DNA of 22,539 nucleotides from the NCBI GenBank assembly GCA_964584035.1, contig CAZOYL010000017.1:8861-31399 (forward strand). Reading direction: 5' to 3'. The position numbers and the translations under genes were made by a program. The stretch is from an uncultured Gemmatimonadota bacterium. GTDB lineage: Bacteria; SM23-81. The notes beneath the pieces were generated by a model. It was given only the letters and a program-made list of their open reading frames with translations, ran no database searches and was not told where the DNA came from. This document shows, piece by piece, positions 15,288 to 22,539 of the stretch (within the stretch, counting starts at the first letter, position 1; each line of letters begins with the position of its first letter).

Positions 15288-16468
15288 GAGCCGATGAACG
15301 TGCAGAGGTGGTTGTGGTCGGAGCCGGCCCCGCCGGTCTTCTGGCCGCTCTGACCCTGGCCAGGGAGGGGCGCGATGTCATCCTGGTGGACCGGAAACAG
15401 CAAGTGGGTGTTCCGGTCCGCTGCGCCGAGGGCGTCGGCCGGGAGGCTCTCCAGGAGTATGTTCCTCTTCGTCCGCAATGGATCTCAGCCACCATTAAAA
15501 CCGTGCGCCTGGTTGCTCCCAGCGGGGAATATGTTCAACTTAGCCGCCGTATGGACGGACTCGTTCTGGATCGGGTGGCTTTTGAGGAAGATCTGGCTCA
15601 ACAGGCTGCTGCCGCGGGCGCACGAATGTTCCTGAACACCTGTGCCGGCGGATTGCTCATGGGCCCGAACGGCGTCGAGGGTCTTCGCCTGGAGTGCGAC
15701 GGGCGGCACCGGCGAATCTGTTGCCGCCTGGTCATCGCCGCCGACGGGGTCGAATCCCGCGTGGCTCGCTGGGCCGGCATCGACACCGCCCTGGCGCTGA
15801 AAGATGTCGAGACCTGTGCGCAGTACCTGATGGAGGATATCGATGTCGATGACACCCGGTGCGACTTTTTCTTCGGCCGCCGGTCAGCGCCGGGTGGCTA
15901 TGCCTGGGTTTTTCCCAAGGGTTCTGGCCGGGCCAATGTTGGGTTGGGCATCTCCGGCCGAGAGGCGGCCGGATGTTCCGCCGGAGAGCTTCTCGATCGA
16001 TTCGTCGCCAAGCGCTATCCGCAAGGCAGGAAGGCTCGATTCATGGCCGGCGGCGTACCGGTCAGCCGGTCTCTGAAAAAGCCCTATGCCTCCGGCCTGC
16101 TGGTGATCGGGGATGCCGCCCGGCAGGCCAATCCGCTCTCCGGCGGCGGCATCATTCCCGCCCTGGAGGCTGGCCGGCTGGCTGCTCAGGTGGCCCATCG
16201 GGCTCTGTCTGAGGGCGATGTTTCGGAGAAGCCTCTGTCGCGCTATCGGACGGCCTGGAACAGGTCCCTGGGCCGTTCCCAGAACAGATACTATCGTCTC
16301 AAAGAGGCGGTCAGCCGGATTCCCGACAAGACCCTGGAGTCTACTGCCAGGGCCCTGCAGGATGTCGATCCGGAACGGCTCACCCTGTTTCGTGTATTCG
16401 CCACCGCCCTGCGTCATCACCCTCGCCTGATCCTGGATGCCCGCTACCTTTTCCTTCCCTCGGTTTAA
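15284..16468 (+). CDS. Geranylgeranyl reductase family flavoprotein (DGGGPL-reductase-like)
   Basis: VVVVGAGPAG, GVPVRCAEG, LDRVAFE, IAADGVES, PGGYAWVFPKG (PxxYxWxFP), GDAARQANPLSGGGI. TTG start at 15284 overlaps the ferredoxin stop (TTGA); GGAGG 7 nt upstream. Confidence 0.9.
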   Translation: MRADERAEVVVVGAGPAGLLAALTLAREGRDVILVDRKQQVGVPVRCAEGVGREALQEYVPLRPQWISATIKTVRLVAPSGEYVQLSRRMDGLVLDRVAFEEDLAQQAAAAGARMFLNTCAGGLLMGPNGVEGLRLECDGRHRRICCRLVIAADGVESRVARWAGIDTALALKDVETCAQYLMEDIDVDDTRCDFFFGRRSAPGGYAWVFPKGSGRANVGLGISGREAAGCSAGELLDRFVAKRYPQGRKARFMAGGVPVSRSLKKPYASGLLVIGDAARQANPLSGGGIIPALEAGRLAAQVAHRALSEGDVSEKPLSRYRTAWNRSLGRSQNRYYRLKEAVSRIPDKTLESTARALQDVDPERLTLFRVFATALRHHPRLILDARYLFLPSV

Positions 16469-18086
16469 AATTAAGCCAAACGGCGTTGGTCAAGGCCCGG
16501 CGGGCTCGGCTGCCCAGGCCGGCCATGGCCTCAACGCGCAGATAGGCCGCCCGGCCTTGACCGCTCAAGTGTGCCGACAGCCTGGCTTCATGGGCCCCCG
16601 GGAAATCCTTTCCGCGCCGATAGGAACGGATTCTGTGCTCCTTTCCCCCGATAATGCCACGATAAAGATCGACCCGCTCCAGGGCTCCGAACTCCGCTGA
16701 GCTGCAAGCCGATATGCTCACCGTAAAACATGATCCCATCAGGCAGCTTCCCAGAGTAACCGCCTGGCCCCGTTCATCGAGCACCGTGAAGGTGACGAAT
16801 GGTCCATCGGTGGTCACCGTTTCCCCATGTTCCAGGGCTCGCAGGATCTGTGACCGGTTCAGGGCCTCCGGGCAGTGCAGGTAGGTGTGCACCCAACCGA
16901 AGATCTGATCCTGTGATTCTCGCAGCGAGAGGAAGGGGAGCCGCAGTTGGCGAAAGCGGTTGAAGTTTCCATGGGCATCATTGCCCCCGATGATGTTCAA
17001 ACGATGCCCCTGCAGCAGCAATCGAATCCAGCGGTCACGCCCCCTGCACAAATCACCCTTTCGGTGCCCGTTCCAGATTTGCAGGCCGGAGAGGCCGGCG
17101 CGGCCATAGTCTCCTGGACTCCAGGTTCCCCGGCGAAGCAGCAGGCGCTCCAGAAATGATCCCGGCTCTTCCGGGTGGGCCGCATAGGCCACGCCGCCGT
17201 CCCGGTGAACGTGTTCCAGCACCTGTCCGATGGACAGCGTCGGGGTGGTTCGAAGCCAGCGTTCGGCACTGTCGCCGGACCCCGGTATGAAGGTCGGTGT
17301 TCCGAAAGCCAGCAGATGGACGTTGCGCCCCCGAGCGCTTCCGCAGGAGATCTCCTCTCCCAGCAGGGGTATGAAATCGGGATGAAGGCTGCTGAGCTGT
17401 CGGATGGCGGTCTTGAGACCGTTCCATTTGCTCATGGTGGGGTCGGGTCTGGGGCCGAGACCGGGCAGATCGTCCAGATCGTAGGAATGGTCGGTGATGG
17501 CCGTCCAGCGGAGGCCGAGGGCTCGCGCCATCGTGACGATCGAATCCGGCGGTGCGCCGAATTCCACCTGATCTTCGGTGTGGGAACTGTGGACATGGGG
17601 ATCGCCGGGATACCAGTTCGCTATTCCGGGCAGTGGTTCGGAGGACAGGAGTGTCCGCAGGGGGGCATGCGACAAACCCCGATAGTTATCGTTGTGAAAT
17701 CGAAAGGGGCGGCCGCGACGCTGCCCGGCGAACAGGACATCCACTGAGGTGTTGCTTTGAGGAAGGTTCTCACGCGGTATTTCCAGCACCCGGTACCACA
17801 GGCGGGTGTCGAGGGTCTGAATGTTCAGGGGAAAGGTTTTTTTCCACAGTTCTCCGTGCGGCCAGCGGACGGTGACCGTGACGGACTCCAGGGTAATGGG
17901 ATACCGGTGGGCATCTTTGATCAGGCAGAGCACCGGAAGTGGTCGTCCGGGATCGACGCGCCAGGGCAGGTCGGCCAGGATCTCCGGATAGTCCCCGCGC
18001 ACCAGGCTCAAGCCCAGGGGAAGGGTGTAGTGGATCTCCGCATACAGGGCCAGAAAAAGCGATGGCAGGCAGAAAGACGGTCCCAT
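16380..18086 (-). CDS. PHP-superfamily (CehA/McbA-like) metallohydrolase
   Basis: GDPHVHS, ITDHSYDLD, GEEIS, HLL, AAHP, GGNDAHG, TTDGP motifs; N-terminal extra domain. Confidence 0.85.
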   Translation of the reverse strand: MGPSFCLPSLFLALYAEIHYTLPLGLSLVRGDYPEILADLPWRVDPGRPLPVLCLIKDAHRYPITLESVTVTVRWPHGELWKKTFPLNIQTLDTRLWYRVLEIPRENLPQSNTSVDVLFAGQRRGRPFRFHNDNYRGLSHAPLRTLLSSEPLPGIANWYPGDPHVHSSHTEDQVEFGAPPDSIVTMARALGLRWTAITDHSYDLDDLPGLGPRPDPTMSKWNGLKTAIRQLSSLHPDFIPLLGEEISCGSARGRNVHLLAFGTPTFIPGSGDSAERWLRTTPTLSIGQVLEHVHRDGGVAYAAHPEEPGSFLERLLLRRGTWSPGDYGRAGLSGLQIWNGHRKGDLCRGRDRWIRLLLQGHRLNIIGGNDAHGNFNRFRQLRLPFLSLRESQDQIFGWVHTYLHCPEALNRSQILRALEHGETVTTDGPFVTFTVLDERGQAVTLGSCLMGSCFTVSISACSSAEFGALERVDLYRGIIGGKEHRIRSYRRGKDFPGAHEARLSAHLSGQGRAAYLRVEAMAGLGSRARRALTNAVWLNFKPREGKGSGHPGSGEGDDAGRWRIHETG

Positions 18087-18114
18087 GAGATGCTCTCGGA
18101 AGCTGAAGCCGGCG

Positions 18115-18897
18115 CTACTCCATGGATTTTAAGACGGTCTTCAGGGAAAAGGGCGCCATGCGATATTCCGCCCGCAGCGGCAGGCGGCGGTCATCGTCGC
18201 TGAACCAAAAGGTCAGTTTCGTGTTCTCTCTCACCAAATTATTGGTCATGACATCCGACTCGGGACGACTGGGATCATCCGGATTCATCGGCTGAAATCG
18301 CACCAAAACCTTGATGGCCTGGTGCGTTCCCATATCCGTCTGGGTCGTCTCGTGACCCAGGACGGTGGTTCGAACCGTCCAGATTTCGCCGTCAAGATCG
18401 AGCAGCGACTCGACGAGCTGTCCGTCGTCGAGGGGATATCCCCGCAGGGCATAGAGAGCGGTGAATAGATCGCGAACACCCCGGGGCACGGGGCGCGGTT
18501 CCGCTCCCTCCGTCCTGGCCAGGCCGTCTTGATAGCGGATGGTGCGCTGCAGGTCGACACCCGGTTCGCTGATGGACCGGCTGTATTTTAAAGTTCGTGC
18601 CGAAGGCCAGGTAAAATAGGCATCATATCGATTGTTCACCGGATAGAGCAGAGAATAAAATGAGGTACTTCGGCCCGTGACGGCTAGGTGAAGAACGGGC
18701 TCATTCCCGGAGAAGCCCACCTCGGTGACCTCCAGTTCTGCGGTCACGACGGGGATGTTCAGGAAGGTCACCTCGAAGGTTAATTTTTCATCTGTGAAGG
18801 GCAGGTCGTTCGCGGCGCGTGCCGGCGCCGGGAAGTGCGCCGCCATGAGGATCGATAGGGCGGCTGCAAAAAAAGGGATTCGCTGAAGGATTCTCAT
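18115..18897 (-). CDS. DUF3108-like exported protein
   Basis: Signal peptide; EKLTFEV, DLFTALYALR, GHETTQTDMGTHQAIKV, WFSDDDRRLPLR. Start at ATG 18897 (GGAGG RBS; ATGA overlap with upstream gene). Confidence 0.8.
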   Translation of the reverse strand: MRILQRIPFFAAALSILMAAHFPAPARAANDLPFTDEKLTFEVTFLNIPVVTAELEVTEVGFSGNEPVLHLAVTGRSTSFYSLLYPVNNRYDAYFTWPSARTLKYSRSISEPGVDLQRTIRYQDGLARTEGAEPRPVPRGVRDLFTALYALRGYPLDDGQLVESLLDLDGEIWTVRTTVLGHETTQTDMGTHQAIKVLVRFQPMNPDDPSRPESDVMTNNLVRENTKLTFWFSDDDRRLPLRAEYRMAPFSLKTVLKSME

Positions 18898-19844
18898 AGA
18901 TGTTCCTCCGGCATCGACATCGATGGCTTGCCTATATGATGAATGAAGGCCAGACCGCACAGTCCCGGAATCAGAATGTTGATGGCAAACAGCAGCAGGG
19001 CGGCTCCCAGGGCTGATGATTCCTGAATCCCGAACTGCGAGAAGAACAGCACGGCGGCGCCCTCTCGTATGCCCAGACCGCCGATGGTGACCGGAACGGA
19101 CATGATCAGCATCACCAGGGGGAAGCAGATGATCATCGCCATCGGGGGCACATCCTCAAACGACCACAACAGGAAATAGAACTGCAGGGAGTAAATCAGA
19201 AAATACAGCAGAGACATGAGCAACAGGACCGACAGGCGATGGGTGCTGAGACCCCGAAAACCTTCCAGAAAGCGAAAGGTCTTTTTTTTCAGGGGCAGTT
19301 TTCTGATCAGCTTCAGGGCGACGGCCACGAACTGTCTGGGCCGCCGCAGCAGCCAACCGAGGAGCCCGAGGAAGATCAGGACGGGAATGTACATCAGGCC
19401 GGAATGCCACAGACCCAGGCTGAGCAGCCCCAGCAGGGCGGTGATCATGAACGCGGTGAATTTGTCGACGGCCACCAGACCGATCAGGCGCAGTTTGCTT
19501 TGCCCCGGGATGAACAGAGCCCGGGAGAACTCTCCGACCTGTCCGGGAGCGGCCAGGACGAACGCGTATCCGCCGATGACGGAGCGGATCAGCTGTCCGC
19601 GTGTGACGGGAACGGAGTGCGACAGCAGATAGCGCCATTTCAGGATCAGCATCGCGAAGTTGGCCGGCAGCAGGGCCAGGGCGGCGATGAAGGGCAGCGG
19701 CCGGATGCGCCCGAAAGCCGCGGCGATTTCCCCGAGGTCCACTCGCAGCAGGATGATGATCAGCAGCAGCGGTGCGGCCAGAATGCGCAGGATCCGGGTG
19801 ATCTTTTCCGTTTTAGAACGGGATGATTTTTCTCCCTGGTTCAT
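18894..19844 (-). CDS. Lysylphosphatidylglycerol-synthase TM-domain / UPF0104 flippase-like membrane protein
   Basis: KWRYLL, PGQVGEFSR, VDK, PVTIGGLGIREGA motifs; about 8 TM helices. Confidence 0.9.
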   Translation of the reverse strand: MNQGEKSSRSKTEKITRILRILAAPLLLIIILLRVDLGEIAAAFGRIRPLPFIAALALLPANFAMLILKWRYLLSHSVPVTRGQLIRSVIGGYAFVLAAPGQVGEFSRALFIPGQSKLRLIGLVAVDKFTAFMITALLGLLSLGLWHSGLMYIPVLIFLGLLGWLLRRPRQFVAVALKLIRKLPLKKKTFRFLEGFRGLSTHRLSVLLLMSLLYFLIYSLQFYFLLWSFEDVPPMAMIICFPLVMLIMSVPVTIGGLGIREGAAVLFFSQFGIQESSALGAALLLFAINILIPGLCGLAFIHHIGKPSMSMPEEHL

Positions 19845-19892
19845 CGGTTCACTCCGGTGATGCCGTTTTTTCCTCTCTCGGATCGCGACCGG

Positions 19893-19980
19893 TCAGACAG
19901 CTTTTTTTCAGACGGCCTTTTTCAGACGGACTTTTTCAGACGGCCTCTTTTTAAACGGCCTCTTTTTAAACGGCCTCTTT
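19893..19980 (-). repeat. Six tandem 14-15-nt copies of the radical SAM gene's last four codons plus stop
   Basis: Minus strand: AAAGAGGCCGTTTAA x2, AAAGAGGCCGTCTGA, AAAAGTCCGTCTGA, AAAAGGCCGTCTGA, AAAAAAGCTGTCTGA. Confidence 0.92.
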
Positions 19981-21033
19981 TCTGACCACCAAACGTGCCA
20001 GCCCCTCGGAACAGTTCTGACAGAGCGGTATGCGGTCTCTGGCGGTCAGGATGCGGCGCCGAAATGTCCGGTATGGTTGCCCGTGCCAGATATCATTCAT
20101 CGGCTGAGAATCAAAGGCGTTTCCCAGGGGAATCTGGTTGTCCTTATCGAAGCAGCAGGGACACACCGTGCCGTCACTGTTGATCACCGGACAGAACCAG
20201 ATCCAGCGGCAGTGATGCCCCAGCTTCCCCCTCAAACGGATGGTGCCGTTCTCGACGTGATAGCGGCGATAGGATCGGCGCCGGGGAAGGAATCGGCGGG
20301 CTTCCGAGAGCGTTTCCACCTGGAGGGTCTTGAGCGATATCCGGTTGACGCCCAATCGCTTTGCCATGGACCGGAATGATTCGATCTCATGCTCATTGTG
20401 TTTCATGATCAGGAATTGCAGCTCGATGAACGGGCGCGACGAGTGCAGCCGTTTTTTCGTTCGGACCAGCCTGCCGATGCCGCGGAGAACACGGTCGAGG
20501 TCGCCGCCTTTACGATAGCCGCGATAGGTCAGGGGAGATATCCCGTCCAGCGAGATGATGAGATCATCCAGCCCAGCCCGGATCAGCCCTTCCGCCATCT
20601 CGCCGTCATCGAGAAAATGGCCGTTTGTGCTGGTTAGAACCGTCATCTTCCTGGCCTTGGCGTATCGGATCATCTCGACGAGGTGGGGATTGAGAAACGG
20701 CTCTCCCTGATTCCACAGGGTCAGATGGAGCAGATAGGGTCCCATCTGATCGAGGATACGTTTGAATTGCTTCAGCGGCATATGCCCCTGGGTGCGGGTC
20801 AGCCTGCCCGCGCCTACGGCACACAGGGGGCAATGAAGATTACACAGACTGGAGGGTTCCAGCATGAGCATGAAGGGATGCCCCAGGGCGATCGGCCGGC
20901 CGGTCAGGCGCGACAAGAGATAAGATGCCACCACCGGGGGAACGTTCAGAACCTTGCGCAGCGTCATGGGCGCCGTCAGGACCCGTCGGATCAAGATGAA
21001 CGGCCGTCTCCAGCGGTCGGTGGACGAAGGCAA
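19966..21033 (-). CDS. Radical SAM protein with SPASM/twitch domain
   Basis: CNLHCPLC, GEPFLNP, STNG, ISLDG; C-terminal CRWIW..INSDGTVCPCCFD..LGN..IWHG..CQNC. TTG start with GAGGAG RBS. Confidence 0.93.
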   Translation of the reverse strand: MPSSTDRWRRPFILIRRVLTAPMTLRKVLNVPPVVASYLLSRLTGRPIALGHPFMLMLEPSSLCNLHCPLCAVGAGRLTRTQGHMPLKQFKRILDQMGPYLLHLTLWNQGEPFLNPHLVEMIRYAKARKMTVLTSTNGHFLDDGEMAEGLIRAGLDDLIISLDGISPLTYRGYRKGGDLDRVLRGIGRLVRTKKRLHSSRPFIELQFLIMKHNEHEIESFRSMAKRLGVNRISLKTLQVETLSEARRFLPRRRSYRRYHVENGTIRLRGKLGHHCRWIWFCPVINSDGTVCPCCFDKDNQIPLGNAFDSQPMNDIWHGQPYRTFRRRILTARDRIPLCQNCSEGLARLVVRKEAV

Positions 21034-21103
21034 TAGGAAAGCTCCTCAGGCGGCGCAAGAGCCGGTTCGGAGAATATTCGTTCACTCACAGCGGTGGTGC
21101 CGG

Positions 21104-21814
21104 TCACGGATCAGGGCCTATCTCCGGCGCAGGCCGCTCGGCGATCAGTTCGGGCAGCGAGACAAGACGATACCCCTGGTTCCGCAACCCTTCGATGATC
21201 ACCGGCAAAGCCCGGACTGTCTGATCGCGGTTCTCTTCCGGATCATCGTATTTGGCATCGTGGAGCAGAACGATAGCCCCCCGCCGGGAACCGCTCAGAA
21301 CGCGCCGGGCGATCATCGTTGCCCCGGGCCGGGTCCAGTCCCTGGGCGAGCAGGTCCACAGGACGGTACGCATGCCCATTCGGGATGCCTCTCGCAGGGC
21401 ATTCCAGCCGAACAATCCGCGGGGAGGACGAAAAAACCGGGGCCGTTGACCGGTGATATCGGCGATCAGGCGTGAGCAGTGCAGTAGTTCTTCGCGGACC
21501 GTCTCTCGGGACAGGAAGATGAGATGGCGGTGCCGGTAAGTGTGGTTTCCGATCAGGTGCCCCTGGCTTGAGATCATCCGAATCAGATGAGGATGGCGCT
21601 CGGCATGCCGCCCCAGGGGGAAAAAGGCGGCCGGGACCCGATGACGAGCCAGGATCTCAAGAATGCGCTCGGTGTATACCGGATGGGGACCGTCGTCGAA
21701 GGTCAGGGTCATCGAGCTGTTTCCGGTATGGCCCCGCCAGATAAGGGATGAGAGCAGTCCCGGCCGCCGGCCGCGACGCCCTTTCCCCGGGGCTGTTGTC
21801 TCCGGAGCGCTCAT
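21104..21814 (-). CDS. Polysaccharide deacetylase (NodB/CE4)
   Basis: LTFDDGP, GNHTYRH, FRPPRG, DW, VLLHD; ATGA overlap with the upstream gene. Confidence 0.94.
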   Translation of the reverse strand: MSAPETTAPGKGRRGRRPGLLSSLIWRGHTGNSSMTLTFDDGPHPVYTERILEILARHRVPAAFFPLGRHAERHPHLIRMISSQGHLIGNHTYRHRHLIFLSRETVREELLHCSRLIADITGQRPRFFRPPRGLFGWNALREASRMGMRTVLWTCSPRDWTRPGATMIARRVLSGSRRGAIVLLHDAKYDDPEENRDQTVRALPVIIEGLRNQGYRLVSLPELIAERPAPEIGPDP

Positions 21815-22539
21815 GCTCTCTTGTTCCTTGCCGGGCGGCCATCGACACGAAATCCGGAGCGCAGGCGATGAACCTTCTTGATCGTGTCCAGAAGATCCTC
21901 GAAATTCGGAGGGTGAAACAGCAGGTAGCGCTCGGCATAACAGCTGGCCCAGCAGCCCGGACAGTGGCGATATTCCCGGAGACGCTGGCGGTATCGCTGT
22001 CCGGAATAGATCTCCTTGAGCGTGTGATCAAAGAGGTTGCCGATGGATCCTCCCCGGCACAGATAAACCTCACCGTCCTCCATGATGACCGTTCGTGTGG
22101 ACAGCACAGGAGCGTCGAGATAGGGACAGAAGCGGGGATATCGGCCGGCCGCCGCGCCGGGTATGCCCCTGATGAATGCTTTCAAGTTGAGGACGGCCGG
22201 ATGCGCCGCGGTCCGGGCGAGGATATCCTCCAGGAGGGGACCGGGGCGGAGGATCAGCTCTGCGTCAGATCGGGTGGTCTCGGTCAGCGTGTGGTACAGG
22301 CCGATCGTGGCCTGCCAGCCGCAGTCGGCGATGCAATCCAGCAGCTGGGGTACCTGATGAAGGTTGCGATTGTTGATCACCACGTTGGCATAGAGCAGAG
22401 ATCGAGCGTCAGATTGGGCTTTCAGCCGGGTGATGCGACGCATGCGGTCGGTGACCGTGGCCGCGAAATCGGAGACGCCCCGGAGATCATCTCCCAGAAC
22501 GCCCAAGCCGTCCAAAGAGGTCTGGATGTTGATATCATG
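21811..22539 (-). CDS. Radical SAM/SPASM protein, C-terminal part (runs off the window end)
   Basis: Frame is open to 22539: IQTSLDG..DDLRG, NVVINNRN, CPYL..DGEVYLC..IGNL..LKEIY..CPGCWASC. The CxxxCxxC motif would lie outside the window. Confidence 0.85.
   Translation of the reverse strand, partial: HDINIQTSLDGLGVLGDDLRGVSDFAATVTDRMRRITRLKAQSDARSLLYANVVINNRNLHQVPQLLDCIADCGWQATIGLYHTLTETTRSDAELILRPGPLLEDILARTAAHPAVLNLKAFIRGIPGAAAGRYPRFCPYLDAPVLSTRTVIMEDGEVYLCRGGSIGNLFDHTLKEIYSGQRYRQRLREYRHCPGCWASCYAERYLLFHPPNFEDLLDTIKKVHRLRSGFRVDGRPARNKRA

Noticed and set aside
19907..19946. Two exact Neisseriaceae DNA uptake sequences (AGGCCGTCTGAA on the minus strand)
   Set aside because: They arise from duplication of the gene's GAG GCC GTY stop ending. 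I saw no other copies in 22 kb and they are not in inverted terminator pairs, so coincidence is likely.
19893..19980. Possible CRISPR array
   Set aside because: Units are 14-15 nt, directly adjacent with no spacers, and no cas genes are present.
19845..21103. RiPP precursor peptide for the SPASM enzymes
   Set aside because: No credible small ORF or PqqD/RRE domain nearby; the neighbours point to glycan or lipid substrates.

Overview
GC-rich bacterial chromosome segment, mostly encoded on the minus strand. A DUF4835 gene and an outer-membrane beta-barrel suggest a diderm of, or near, the FCB group (inference). Left to right: a TPM / nucleotidyltransferase-like / lemA operon; malic enzyme; plsC-like acyltransferase, DUF355 adenosine-specific kinase and rlmH; a divergent beta-barrel gene with a long structured leader; smc-ftsY; a self-contained two-gene orphan operon (possible EVE/PUA-like protein plus a small 8-Cys two-CW protein with an Arg-rich motif resembling c-di-GMP-binding repeats); CPBP protease; DUF4835; ferredoxin plus an archaeal-type geranylgeranyl reductase; and, converging on it, a six-gene envelope cluster (two radical SAM/SPASM enzymes, NodB deacetylase, LPG-synthase-TM flippase, DUF3108, PHP hydrolase). 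Several near-consensus sigma70 promoters, three terminators and two ~15-nt tandem repeats are directly visible. I saw no tRNA, rRNA, CRISPR array or mobile element. Family calls come from motif recognition only; no database search was run.
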